DNA of 8,044 nucleotides from a virus (Duplodnaviria; Heunggongvirae; Uroviricota; Caudoviricetes): IMG/VR virus record IMGVR_UViG_2639762982_000010; one strand, 5' to 3'. Shown piece by piece: positions 1 to 7,250 of this stretch (position 1 is its first letter; each line of letters starts with the position of its first letter). The notes under the pieces were generated by a model. It saw only the letters and a program-made list of their open reading frames with translations, ran no database searches and was not told where the DNA came from. The position numbers and the translations under genes were made by a program.

Positions 1-110
<110 letters not shown>

Positions 111-159
111 CCAACACCAAATGTGAATTTAATAATCCGGAACCATTCAAATATAACAA

Positions 160-179
160 AACCCCGTAAAAACGAGGTT
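160..179 (-). terminator. Weak candidate intrinsic terminator downstream of gnsB
   Basis: Imperfect inverted repeat aaccccg / cgaggtt (one mismatch, 6-nt loop) at 160-179; on the minus strand it is followed by a T-rich run. About 30 nt past the gnsB stop. Confidence 0.25.
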
Positions 180-206
180 TATGGATAAATTTTATTATTG
201 AATACA

Positions 207-380
207 TCAGATTAAATTAATCTTGACATCATAGCTTTCAAGACCCGTCATTTTTTCCCGTGCGGTAAACTGAATACTGGTAACTTCTTTCCCGGTCTTT
301 TTCTTAAGTTCAATAATTTTTTTTGTTATATATTCAGAAATATCTGCTTCTGCTTTTGTTTTTAAGTTTTCAATATTCAT
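207..380 (-). CDS. gnsB: GnsB-like small protein (57 aa from the second ATG; 58 aa from the first at 383)
   Basis: Hand translation of the minus strand gives MMNIENLKTKAEADISEYITKKIIELKKKTGKEVTSIQFTAREKMTGLESYDVKINLI with TGA stop at 207-209. RBS AAGAGGAAA sits 5 nt upstream of the second ATG. Not in the supplied ORF track (below its length cutoff). Matches my recollection of the GnsA/GnsB family and its position next to ynfN/cspI. Confidence 0.75.
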   Translation of the reverse strand: MNIENLKTKAEADISEYITKKIIELKKKTGKEVTSIQFTAREKMTGLESYDVKINLI

Positions 381-551
381 CATTTCCTCTTTTAGTCTGT
401 TATGACTTTCCAGTTACACAGTAAGTCGATTATATGGTGCAAACGTGTAAAAGATAAGATGAAACATCGCAATAATCAACATACGATAGTCTAAATTTTA
501 CACAAACAGACAAAGAGAATTTTCCTGAATTATCAATACAATAGCATCAAA

Positions 552-707
552 TCAACTCAAGAGCCTTATTGCTGCTTCCAGAATTTCTTCTGAAGTAACA
601 TGTCGATCCGCGGCTACATAAATGACTTTATGATCTCCGGTCAGAGATGGAAACCCTGCGGCCATTACAGTAAGGTGTGTTTTTTCGCCATTTGGATATT
701 CACGCAT
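552..707 (-). CDS. ynfN: YnfN-like small prophage protein (51 aa from ATG at 707; in-frame ATGs at 728 and 782 would give 58 or 76 aa)
   Basis: Minus-strand ORF from the track (552-824). The ATG at 707 gives MREYPNGEKTHLTVMAAGFPSLTGDHKVIYVAADRHVTSEEILEAAIRLLS, 51 aa, which is the length I recall for YnfN. No convincing Shine-Dalgarno before any of the three candidate ATGs. Position between gnsB and cspI fits. Confidence 0.5.
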   Translation of the reverse strand: MREYPNGEKTHLTVMAAGFPSLTGDHKVIYVAADRHVTSEEILEAAIRLLS

Positions 708-826
708 GATGGTGTTAACTCCAGTCATCGCTGGCACTACCACTGCTGGTTCAGAGTTAAAAAAAACTATGATTTTTTTCATGATGTTACCGTAGTATGT
801 GAGTATCCATCGAATAGATACCAAGC

Positions 827-846
827 AAAAAAGCTCCCGAAGGAGC
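827..846 (-). terminator. Intrinsic terminator (minus strand), probable cspI transcript terminator
   Basis: 5-bp GC-rich stem gctcc/ggagc (833-837 / 842-846) with a UUCG tetraloop on the minus strand, followed on that strand by TTTTTT (complement of 827-832). Confidence 0.6.
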
Positions 847-1053
847 CTTCATTTTCACTTTTTTAAATCCAACGACAGACGGCTGGCATTTAAGTATTGT
901 GAAATATTATCAAATGTAATCATCATTGATTTACAAAAGATACATTTTGCCCCGAAAGGATTCATGTCAGAAACATCAAAAGATGATGTTCTATACTGGG
1001 AACCATGACAACACGGGCATCTAAAGTGAATATGGTTTGTAATATTGTCTACC

Positions 1054-1266
1054 TCAAAGCGCCACTACATGAACAGCGGCAGGACCTTTAGGTCCGTTCT
1101 CAATACCAAATTCAACTTCCTGATTCTCAGTTAATGTTTTGAAATCGTTGCTCTGAATTGCTGAGAAATGGACAAACACATCTTTGCTGCCATCTTTCGG
1201 CGTGATGAAACCAAAACCTTTTTCAGGGTTAAACCATTTCACTAAACCAGTCATTTTGTTAGACAT
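1054..1266 (-). CDS. cspI: Cold shock protein CspI (CspA family, 70 aa)
   Basis: ATG at 1266-1264, TGA at 1056-1054. Product [70 protein letters not shown] carries the RNP1-like KGFGFI and RNP2-like VFVHF motifs of the cold-shock domain. Confidence 0.95.
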   Translation of the reverse strand: MSNKMTGLVKWFNPEKGFGFITPKDGSKDVFVHFSAIQSNDFKTLTENQEVEFGIENGPKGPAAVHVVAL

Positions 1267-1456
1267 AATTATTACCTTTTGAAGAAATTAGCCCTTGGGC
1301 AGAATGGTCCGAAAAAAAATATCAGAGAGAAAAACCAACAAGGAAATCTCAAGAGGTACAAATAATAAAATTATAACAATGACTGCTTCAGATAAATTTG
1401 TAACAAACCAGAACACCATTAACGCATGATTAACCACCCATAGCAAGGATTACTTT
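1267..1456 (-). promoter_or_regulatory. cspI promoter and long cspA-type 5' UTR with cold-box-like element
   Basis: Minus strand: -35 TTGCTA (1456-1451), 17-nt spacer, -10 GTTAAT (1433-1428), then CTGGTTTGTTACAAAT resembling the cspA cold box (CGGTTTGACGTACAGAC). Leader of about 155 nt. Shares the 11-mer ATGCGTTAATG with the cspB leader. Confidence 0.5.
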
Positions 1457-1629
1457 TGTAAAGAAAAACACAGCAATGAAAGAATAGCTTTATTTATTAA
1501 TAATAACGTGTCATTCTGATTAAGACCTTTTATCTTACCCTTAAGATTTCAGGAATTTTGGCTCATGGAAGAGTCCTTTTTATTTAAATTTTACATTCCG
1601 CGATGTAAATGTTCCGATTTAATATTACC

Positions 1630-2653
<1,024 letters not shown>

Positions 2654-2657
<4 letters not shown>

Positions 2658-2965
2658 ATATATTTATGATGAGGACGCTCGTGCTTATTGGCAGGATTTT
2701 CAATCTTAAAGGAGTACTGATGCTGCAGATAAGACTCAACTTTTTCTGACAATTTTTCTGCTACTTCCAGGAAGACTTGCCGGACGCTCCTTCTGGCTGC
2801 TGCCTCATAAAACTCCAGCGCAGCTCCTTCAACACGGTCCATGGCGACATCCAGGTCAAAAATTTCACCGTCAAAGCGTTCTTTGTCCTGTAAGGCTACA
2901 GTTACCGTAACTTTATTCTCAAAATTACGGACTCCTTTCACAACCAGTTCATAGTCTTGAGTCAT
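2654..2965 (-). CDS. ydfR: Prophage protein YdfR (103 aa, DUF1327-like), sitting between holin and endolysin
   Basis: Track ORF. ATG at 2965-2963 with RBS GAGGAGAG inside the 3' end of the holin gene. Stop overlaps the endolysin start. Acidic soluble protein, no transmembrane segment apparent. Confidence 0.8.
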
Positions 2966-2969
2966 TGGA

Positions 2970-3185
2970 TTACTCTCCTCTCGCAGCCTTACGCCTGTCT
3001 TCTTTAATCTTGAAATAAAGATTTGTCAGATACGTCAGCAGGCCAAAAACCAGGCTACCCAGCACACCGATTGCAGCCCACTGTGACGGAGTTACTTTAT
3101 CGAGTAACTGCAATGCCCAGAAACCAGCATTACCCGCCGATGTGCCATAGGCAACACCTGTTGTTAACTTATCCATTGATTTCAT
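2970..3185 (-). CDS. essQ: Pinholin (S21-like class II holin, 71 aa) with dual-start motif MKSM
   Basis: The track ORF begins at 3260 but the homology-consistent start is the ATG at 3185-3183 ([71 protein letters not shown]). Second in-frame ATG 3 codons later, two transmembrane segments, charged C-terminus. RBS GGTGAGGA upstream. Confidence 0.85.
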   Translation of the reverse strand: MKSMDKLTTGVAYGTSAGNAGFWALQLLDKVTPSQWAAIGVLGSLVFGLLTYLTNLYFKIKEDRRKAARGE

Positions 3186-3404
3186 ATCCTCACCCCGATG
3201 TACACGGATGGTGCAATATGTTTGAAAAGATCGGAGTCTACGGGGTAGTTTTGACAGCACACGCTGTTCTCAACGGCGCTAAAGAAACATACACATTAAA
3301 AATGTGAGTAATTATTTTGAAAGAAAGTCATATATAAAATAATAATACGAGAAATGTTTTCATATTTAGTGTACTGTATACGGCCATTTATACAGGAAAA
3401 GCCT

Positions 3405-3575
3405 ATGTCAGAACGTAAAGACTCAAAATCACGCCGTAATTATCTCGTTAAATGTTCCTGCCCAAACTGCACCCAAGAGTCAGAACACAGTTTTTCAAGA
3501 GTACAAAAAGGTGCCCTTTTGATCTGCCCTCATTGCAACAAAGTATTCCAGACAAATCTTAAAGCTGTAGCCTGA
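3405..3575 (+). CDS. ynfU: Small zinc-ribbon protein (56 aa), opposite in orientation to the flanking late genes
   Basis: ATG at 3405 with RBS AGGAAAAG 6-7 nt upstream. Product MSERKDSKSRRNYLVKCSCPNCTQESEHSFSRVQKGALLICPHCNKVFQTNLKAVA has two CxxC pairs (C19/C22 and C40/C43) 17 residues apart. The name is from memory of K-12 small-protein annotation and is uncertain. Confidence 0.6.
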   Translation: MSERKDSKSRRNYLVKCSCPNCTQESEHSFSRVQKGALLICPHCNKVFQTNLKAVA

Positions 3576-3631
3576 TTGATTTTATTAGTAACAAGTATTT
3601 TTTATATTTTAATAATATATTTAAAGCAGAT

Positions 3632-3657
3632 AATAAAAAACCCGCCTGAGCGGGTTT
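3632..3657 (-). terminator. Intrinsic terminator (stronger on minus strand), probable cspB terminator; possibly also stops ynfU on plus
   Basis: 8-bp stem aaacccgc/gcgggttt (3638-3645 / 3650-3657), loop ctga. On the minus strand it is followed by TTTTTTATT; on the plus strand only TTT then GAGATT. Confidence 0.6.
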
Positions 3658-3938
3658 GAGATTGTGGTGCTTTTTGTGGGAGTCATCCACTTACGCACTT
3701 TGTTTTGCCATGCCAGCAGTTAGCTTCTGCTGTAAAACTATTCATGCAGCAAACCTGCACTTCACCACAATGGTTAGCATACTTTTCCTGATTAAGATTT
3801 TGCCAAATATGCTGGCCATTGTTTCATGTATTGGACCTCCTTAATTTTTATTAAAGAAATCCAATATTCACTACTCTGTCCGTATCTCTACTCAGGCATC
3901 AGCCTTCTTCGTTATCGTATACAGACGAGCGATGAATT

Positions 3939-4154
3939 TTAATCAGTAATGATGACATTTGCTGCTGCAGGACCTTTAGCACCACTCTCTATAGAGAAGG
4001 TAACCTTTTGACCTTCAAATAAGGTTCGATAATTATCATTCTGAATCGCAGAAAAATGCACAAACACATCTTTACTACCATCAACAGGAGAAATAAAGCC
4101 GAAACCTTTATCAGCGTTAAACCATTTTACTAAACCAGTCATTTTATTTGACAT
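3939..4154 (-). CDS. cspB: Cold shock protein CspB (CspA family, 71 aa)
   Basis: ATG at 4154-4152. Product [79 protein letters not shown] and the cspA-like pre-ATG sequence GAAAGGCTCAAGTTAAGGAATGTAGAATG. Confidence 0.95.
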   Translation of the reverse strand: MSNKMTGLVKWFNADKGFGFISPVDGSKDVFVHFSAIQNDNYRTLFEGQKVTFSIESGAKGPAAANVIITD

Positions 4155-4350
4155 TCTACATTCCTTAACTTGAGCCTTTCGGCATAAATGGTTTGCATAA
4201 CAGAAACGACTTCGTACTTAATTGGAGAGACTCAAAGAAGGAATAAGTGAATAACACCTGAAATGAGAACTGCTTTAGTAAACTACTTCGTATATCGTCT
4301 GTTCTTCAAACCGACGCAATCATTAACGCATAGTTGAACATATGAAGCAA
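4155..4350 (-). promoter_or_regulatory. cspB promoter, cold box and about 160-nt cspA-type 5' UTR
   Basis: Minus strand: -35 TTGCTT (4350-4345), 17-nt spacer, -10 GTTAAT (4327-4322), then CGGTTTGAAGAACAGAC (compare cspA CGGTTTGACGTACAGAC) and AAAGCAG; AT-rich UP-like region upstream. Confidence 0.55.
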
Positions 4351-4454
4351 TGTTTATTTTAGACATCCAGCCATCTTCAACCCCATCAAAAAACTATAGC
4401 TTTCTTCAGGAACGTGTGTATAGTGCGCCAAGTTATCAGTATTAAGGAATTTTT

Positions 4455-4667
4455 TTGTCCCGTAAAATGACAGGAATTGTCAAAACCTTTGACGGCAAAA
4501 GCGGCAAGGGTCTTATCACCCCATCCGATGGTCGTATCGATGTCCAGCTTCATGTTTCAGCGCTCAATCTCCGCGATGCAGAAGAAATTACCACCGGATT
4601 ACGCGTGGAATTTTGCCGGATAAATGGTCTGCGTGGCCCTTCAGCTGCCAATGTTTACCTTTCATGA
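4455..4667 (+). CDS. cspF: Cold shock protein paralog CspF (70 aa) with apparent TTG start codon
   Basis: Family-conserved N-terminus MSRKMTG requires initiation at TTG 4455-4457 (ttg tcc cgt aaa atg aca gga); RBS AAGGA at 4444-4448 with 6-nt spacing. Product is divergent from CspA (KGLITP replaces the aromatic RNP1-like motif). Confidence 0.9.
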
Positions 4668-4721
4668 GCTATATTAAAGCTTTAATTTCAGGCCCCATCG
4701 GATCACACATGGAGAGTTTTT

Positions 4722-4811
4722 ATGAATAACCCCGTCTGTCTTGATGACTGGTTGATTGGCTTTAAAAGCTTATGCTGTACTTTGGCCGTAATAGCTCTGC
4801 TAATAATATAA
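4722..4811 (+). CDS. Candidate small hydrophobic peptide (29 aa) with strong RBS; hypothetical
   Basis: GGAGAG at 4711-4716, 5-nt spacer, ATG at 4722. Translation [29 protein letters not shown], stop TAA at 4809-4811. C-terminal half is a possible single transmembrane helix. Too short for the supplied ORF track. Confidence 0.3.
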
Positions 4812-4960
4812 TAAGCAGACTCATTGTGTTTAGGGACATTGTACTGGAAGAAAACATTTTAAACATCAGGCAAATAACCAAGTCACCAGCTAAATAATAA
4901 GTTAACAGACATGAGTCCCGGGATGAGATTCAACATTACCATTGCCCCATTTAAAGCACA

Positions 4961-4995
4961 AAACCCGCTCATCAGCGGGTTTTCTACTTTTTCTT
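4961..4995. terminator. Bidirectional intrinsic terminator: cspF terminator on plus; candidate tR'-like terminator of a short late-promoter transcript on minus
   Basis: 9-bp stem aaacccgct/agcgggttt (4961-4969 / 4974-4982), loop catc. Plus strand then has TCTACTTTTTCTT; minus strand has TTTTGTGCTTT. Confidence 0.65.
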
Positions 4996-5028
4996 AACGT
5001 CGGGTATACAAAGCCCATCATTGAAAAA

Positions 5029-5057
5029 ATTTTATCCATATTTTTTGAAAAATGCAA
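5029..5057 (-). promoter_or_regulatory. Candidate sigma-70 late promoter (PR'-like) just downstream of Q
   Basis: Minus strand: -35 TTGCAT (5057-5052), 17-nt spacer, -10 TAAAAT (5034-5029). Lies 32 nt past the Q stop and about 45-70 nt upstream of the 4961-4982 hairpin, the expected arrangement for a lambdoid PR'-qut-tR' unit. Confidence 0.4.
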
Positions 5058-5088
5058 ACATCATGTCGCCATCTTCAGCAAAAATCAT

Positions 5089-5841
5089 TTATCTCGTCAC
5101 CTTCCTCAATTGCGCTTCCGCGTATGCTTCTTCCTGCCAGCACTTTGTTACCAGTTTACCAATGACGTCCGCATACCCCTTATACCACTGATAATCGGTC
5201 AGGTCTGGTACCAGCTTCTGGACATGACGTCGTGCCAGCGTGGTCGGTAAACGACTAAACCGGTTTCCATTACAACGCCCACAAATCTTATATACCGGTA
5301 CGCCATGAAACCGGGTTCTTTTTTCATCCAGAACAATCCCTTTACCCTTACACCCTCTGCACGCTGTGCTGGCTTCGCCCTTACCATGGCAATGCTGACA
5401 TAGTTCCTTCACCCATTCTTCCTTGATTACAGATTCCCCGCGTCTGTAGTGTTTCACCACTTCGCGCAATACGTTATAAAATCCCGTACCTGAACAATGC
5501 TCACAGCGAGCCTTACTTGCCGCAGACCTGGAGTAATCAGCAAAGGCAAAACTCACGAGGTAAGGAATAATCTGTAACCGGATTTCTTCACTCAATTTGT
5601 TCAATGTCGGGTTATCCAGTGCCATCGCGTAATTTAGCAGGCCTTCAATCGCAAACTGAGGGTCCTGAACACCAACTTTTGCCAGAAATAAGGCCAACCC
5701 AAGTGGTGCTTTCGACTGCACCATCCCCTGCGCTGCCATTACATCCGTAATTGTTAAACAACCGGTGCCTGTCGCTGGAGCGTCATCGCTCAATTTTGGA
5801 GATTTTGGGGAGTAATATTTTGGTAAGGCTTCAAGGTTCAT
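5089..5841 (-). CDS. quuQ: Late-gene antiterminator Q (250 aa)
   Basis: ATG at 5841-5839 (the track ORF starts 10 codons further upstream) with RBS GGAGA 6 nt upstream. Product has four CxxC motifs (CEHCSGTG, CQHCHGKG, CRGCKGKG, CGRCNGNRF). Positioned immediately upstream of the candidate late promoter. Confidence 0.9.
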   Translation of the reverse strand: MNLEALPKYYSPKSPKLSDDAPATGTGCLTITDVMAAQGMVQSKAPLGLALFLAKVGVQDPQFAIEGLLNYAMALDNPTLNKLSEEIRLQIIPYLVSFAFADYSRSAASKARCEHCSGTGFYNVLREVVKHYRRGESVIKEEWVKELCQHCHGKGEASTACRGCKGKGIVLDEKRTRFHGVPVYKICGRCNGNRFSRLPTTLARRHVQKLVPDLTDYQWYKGYADVIGKLVTKCWQEEAYAEAQLRKVTR

Positions 5842-5854
5842 GCTCGTTCTCCAC

Positions 5855-6904
5855 TTACGCCAGTACGCCAATTGCCAGCGCGCGATCGATAAAACGAAAT
5901 ATCAGCTCCAGTTGGGAGCCATACTTATCTTCAAATGCCACTGTATCCGTATGCAGCTCGTTGTGATGCTTTCTGCACAAAGGCAACACAAAGAGATCAT
6001 GTGCTTTTGTTCCCATTCCGCCCTGCCCGTGACCAATCAGATGATGCGGATCGTCGGCTGGCATACCGCAGCAAGCACACGGCTGTGTCTTAACCCAACG
6101 TGTGTATTTCTCCTTAACCCAGCGGCGACGTTTAGGCAGCTTCATGAAAGATTCCGGAGACTCTGGATCAACGGTGATGCTTACCACCGTCTTTTCCTGT
6201 GGTGATTTTTGTTGCTGGTGGGCGTAAGGCAACGGTGCAAGATTTTTTGTGCGTTGTTTCAATATGCTGGTGGCGGTCTGCTCTCCCGGTACGATGTCGC
6301 TTTCGCGGTACACCGAGCAGATTTTTTCCGCTGGTAATCCCAGCGAACGACGCGATACAGCCTCAGGTAGTGCATCCACCACCTGATTGCAGACCGCCCA
6401 CCAGGATAATTCAGCCAAAGATAATTCCCGCTCCTGCGTACCGCTTATTGCGTGACGGATGACGTCAATCACCCATGCTGTCAGATTTTGTTGAGCAAGC
6501 AGCTCCAGTGATTCCGATGTCTGGTCACGCAGTTGGTTGTCGCAGTGCCAGCACAACACCATTGCGCCGGTACCATAACGGTGAATGACTGTTTCAGTGT
6601 GATGGTAATCGCCATTAGGCCACTGGCAGGATGTAACATGACGTAATAGCCAGTCGGACAATGCGCCAACGCCGCCAGCAGCACGAATCACCCGTTCGTT
6701 ACTAAAAAACGGCAGCAATGTTTTGTCTTCCGCCAGCGGCTGGCGAACGGCAGGAACGACTCCGGATGGCAGATTACGCATGCTTTTTGGTTCCGGTTCC
6801 ACCAGCACTCGAGGATTATGAAATATCTGTATGGATTCACGGCCCGGCTTAAGGACCACCAGCCCAAGCTCAGGCACCAGAACAGGTCTAAGTAATACCC
6901 GCAC
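5855..6904 (-). CDS. ydfU: DUF968-family prophage protein YdfU (349 aa from GTG at 6904; the ORF is open to 6943)
   Basis: Track ORF 5855-6943. Preferred start is GTG 6904-6902, which has GGAGG 4 nt upstream and sits 1 nt after the stop of the upstream 92-aa ORF. C-terminal Cys/His cluster CACCGMPADDPHHLIGHGQGG...CRKHHNELH. Confidence 0.75.
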   Translation of the reverse strand: MRVLLRPVLVPELGLVVLKPGRESIQIFHNPRVLVEPEPKSMRNLPSGVVPAVRQPLAEDKTLLPFFSNERVIRAAGGVGALSDWLLRHVTSCQWPNGDYHHTETVIHRYGTGAMVLCWHCDNQLRDQTSESLELLAQQNLTAWVIDVIRHAISGTQERELSLAELSWWAVCNQVVDALPEAVSRRSLGLPAEKICSVYRESDIVPGEQTATSILKQRTKNLAPLPYAHQQQKSPQEKTVVSITVDPESPESFMKLPKRRRWVKEKYTRWVKTQPCACCGMPADDPHHLIGHGQGGMGTKAHDLFVLPLCRKHHNELHTDTVAFEDKYGSQLELIFRFIDRALAIGVLA

Positions 6905-6905
6905 G

Positions 6906-7184
6906 TTACCTCCAGATCCGTTGCTGGAAAGTGCGGGACGCACGTGGTGGGCGTTCGGAATAAGGCAGCCTGACAGAGATTATCCAGTGCCGATAGTCGA
7001 GACTGAGAGCTTTCTTAACCTCGAACCCGCGCCTGCGGTAAGAATGAATCAGCCATTCGGCCTGTTCTGCAGTGCATGGAGGGTGCTGGAACCATTCAGA
7101 CTTGAATGCGTGAGAATACCGCCCGTGCGTGCAGGCAAGAACGGGCGAATTATCAGAATTGTAATATTTTGCGTTGCGTGCCAT
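6906..7184 (-). CDS. Hypothetical 92-aa protein immediately upstream of and stop-start coupled to ydfU; either an unannotated gene or the 5' part of a split DUF968 gene
   Basis: ATG at 7184-7182 with strong RBS GGAGAA 6 nt upstream. Product MARNAKYYNSDNSPVLACTHGRYSHAFKSEWFQHPPCTAEQAEWLIHSYRRRGFEVKKALSLDYRHWIISVRLPYSERPPRASRTFQQRIWR. TAA at 6908-6906 is followed 1 nt later by the ydfU GTG. The downstream frame stays open for 13 codons upstream of that GTG. Confidence 0.5.
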   Translation of the reverse strand: MARNAKYYNSDNSPVLACTHGRYSHAFKSEWFQHPPCTAEQAEWLIHSYRRRGFEVKKALSLDYRHWIISVRLPYSERPPRASRTFQQRIWR

Positions 7185-7250
7185 CGGTTTTCTCCGGTGG
7201 CACGGTGTTACTCAGCGGGAGTTCAGCCCCGCGCAAGATTGTAGATGAGT

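Noticed and set aside
600-1008. Plus-strand ORFs 600-866 (88 aa) and 799-1008 (69 aa)
   Set aside because: They overlap ynfN in antisense or lie in the cspI 3' region, have no RBS, and their products are low-complexity Cys/Trp/His-rich strings typical of chance antisense frames.
3656-3844. Plus-strand ORF 3656-3844 (62 aa)
   Set aside because: It begins inside the terminator hairpin, has no RBS and gives a Cys/Phe-rich nonsense-like product; it lies in the cspB 3' region on the wrong strand.
4942-6684. ORFs 4942-5250 (+), 5199-5387 (-), 5751-5966 (+), 5840-6205 (+), 6199-6462 (+) and 6481-6684 (-)
   Set aside because: Each lies within or antisense to the Q or ydfU coding regions in an alternative frame, with no independent start signals. 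The Q and ydfU frames are far better supported.
6906-6943. Programmed ribosomal frameshift joining the 92-aa ORF to ydfU
   Set aside because: No slippery heptamer (X XXY YYZ) or obvious downstream stimulatory structure in the 38-nt overlap; the TAA-N-GTG arrangement with an RBS fits termination-reinitiation better. Not fully excluded without homolog comparison.
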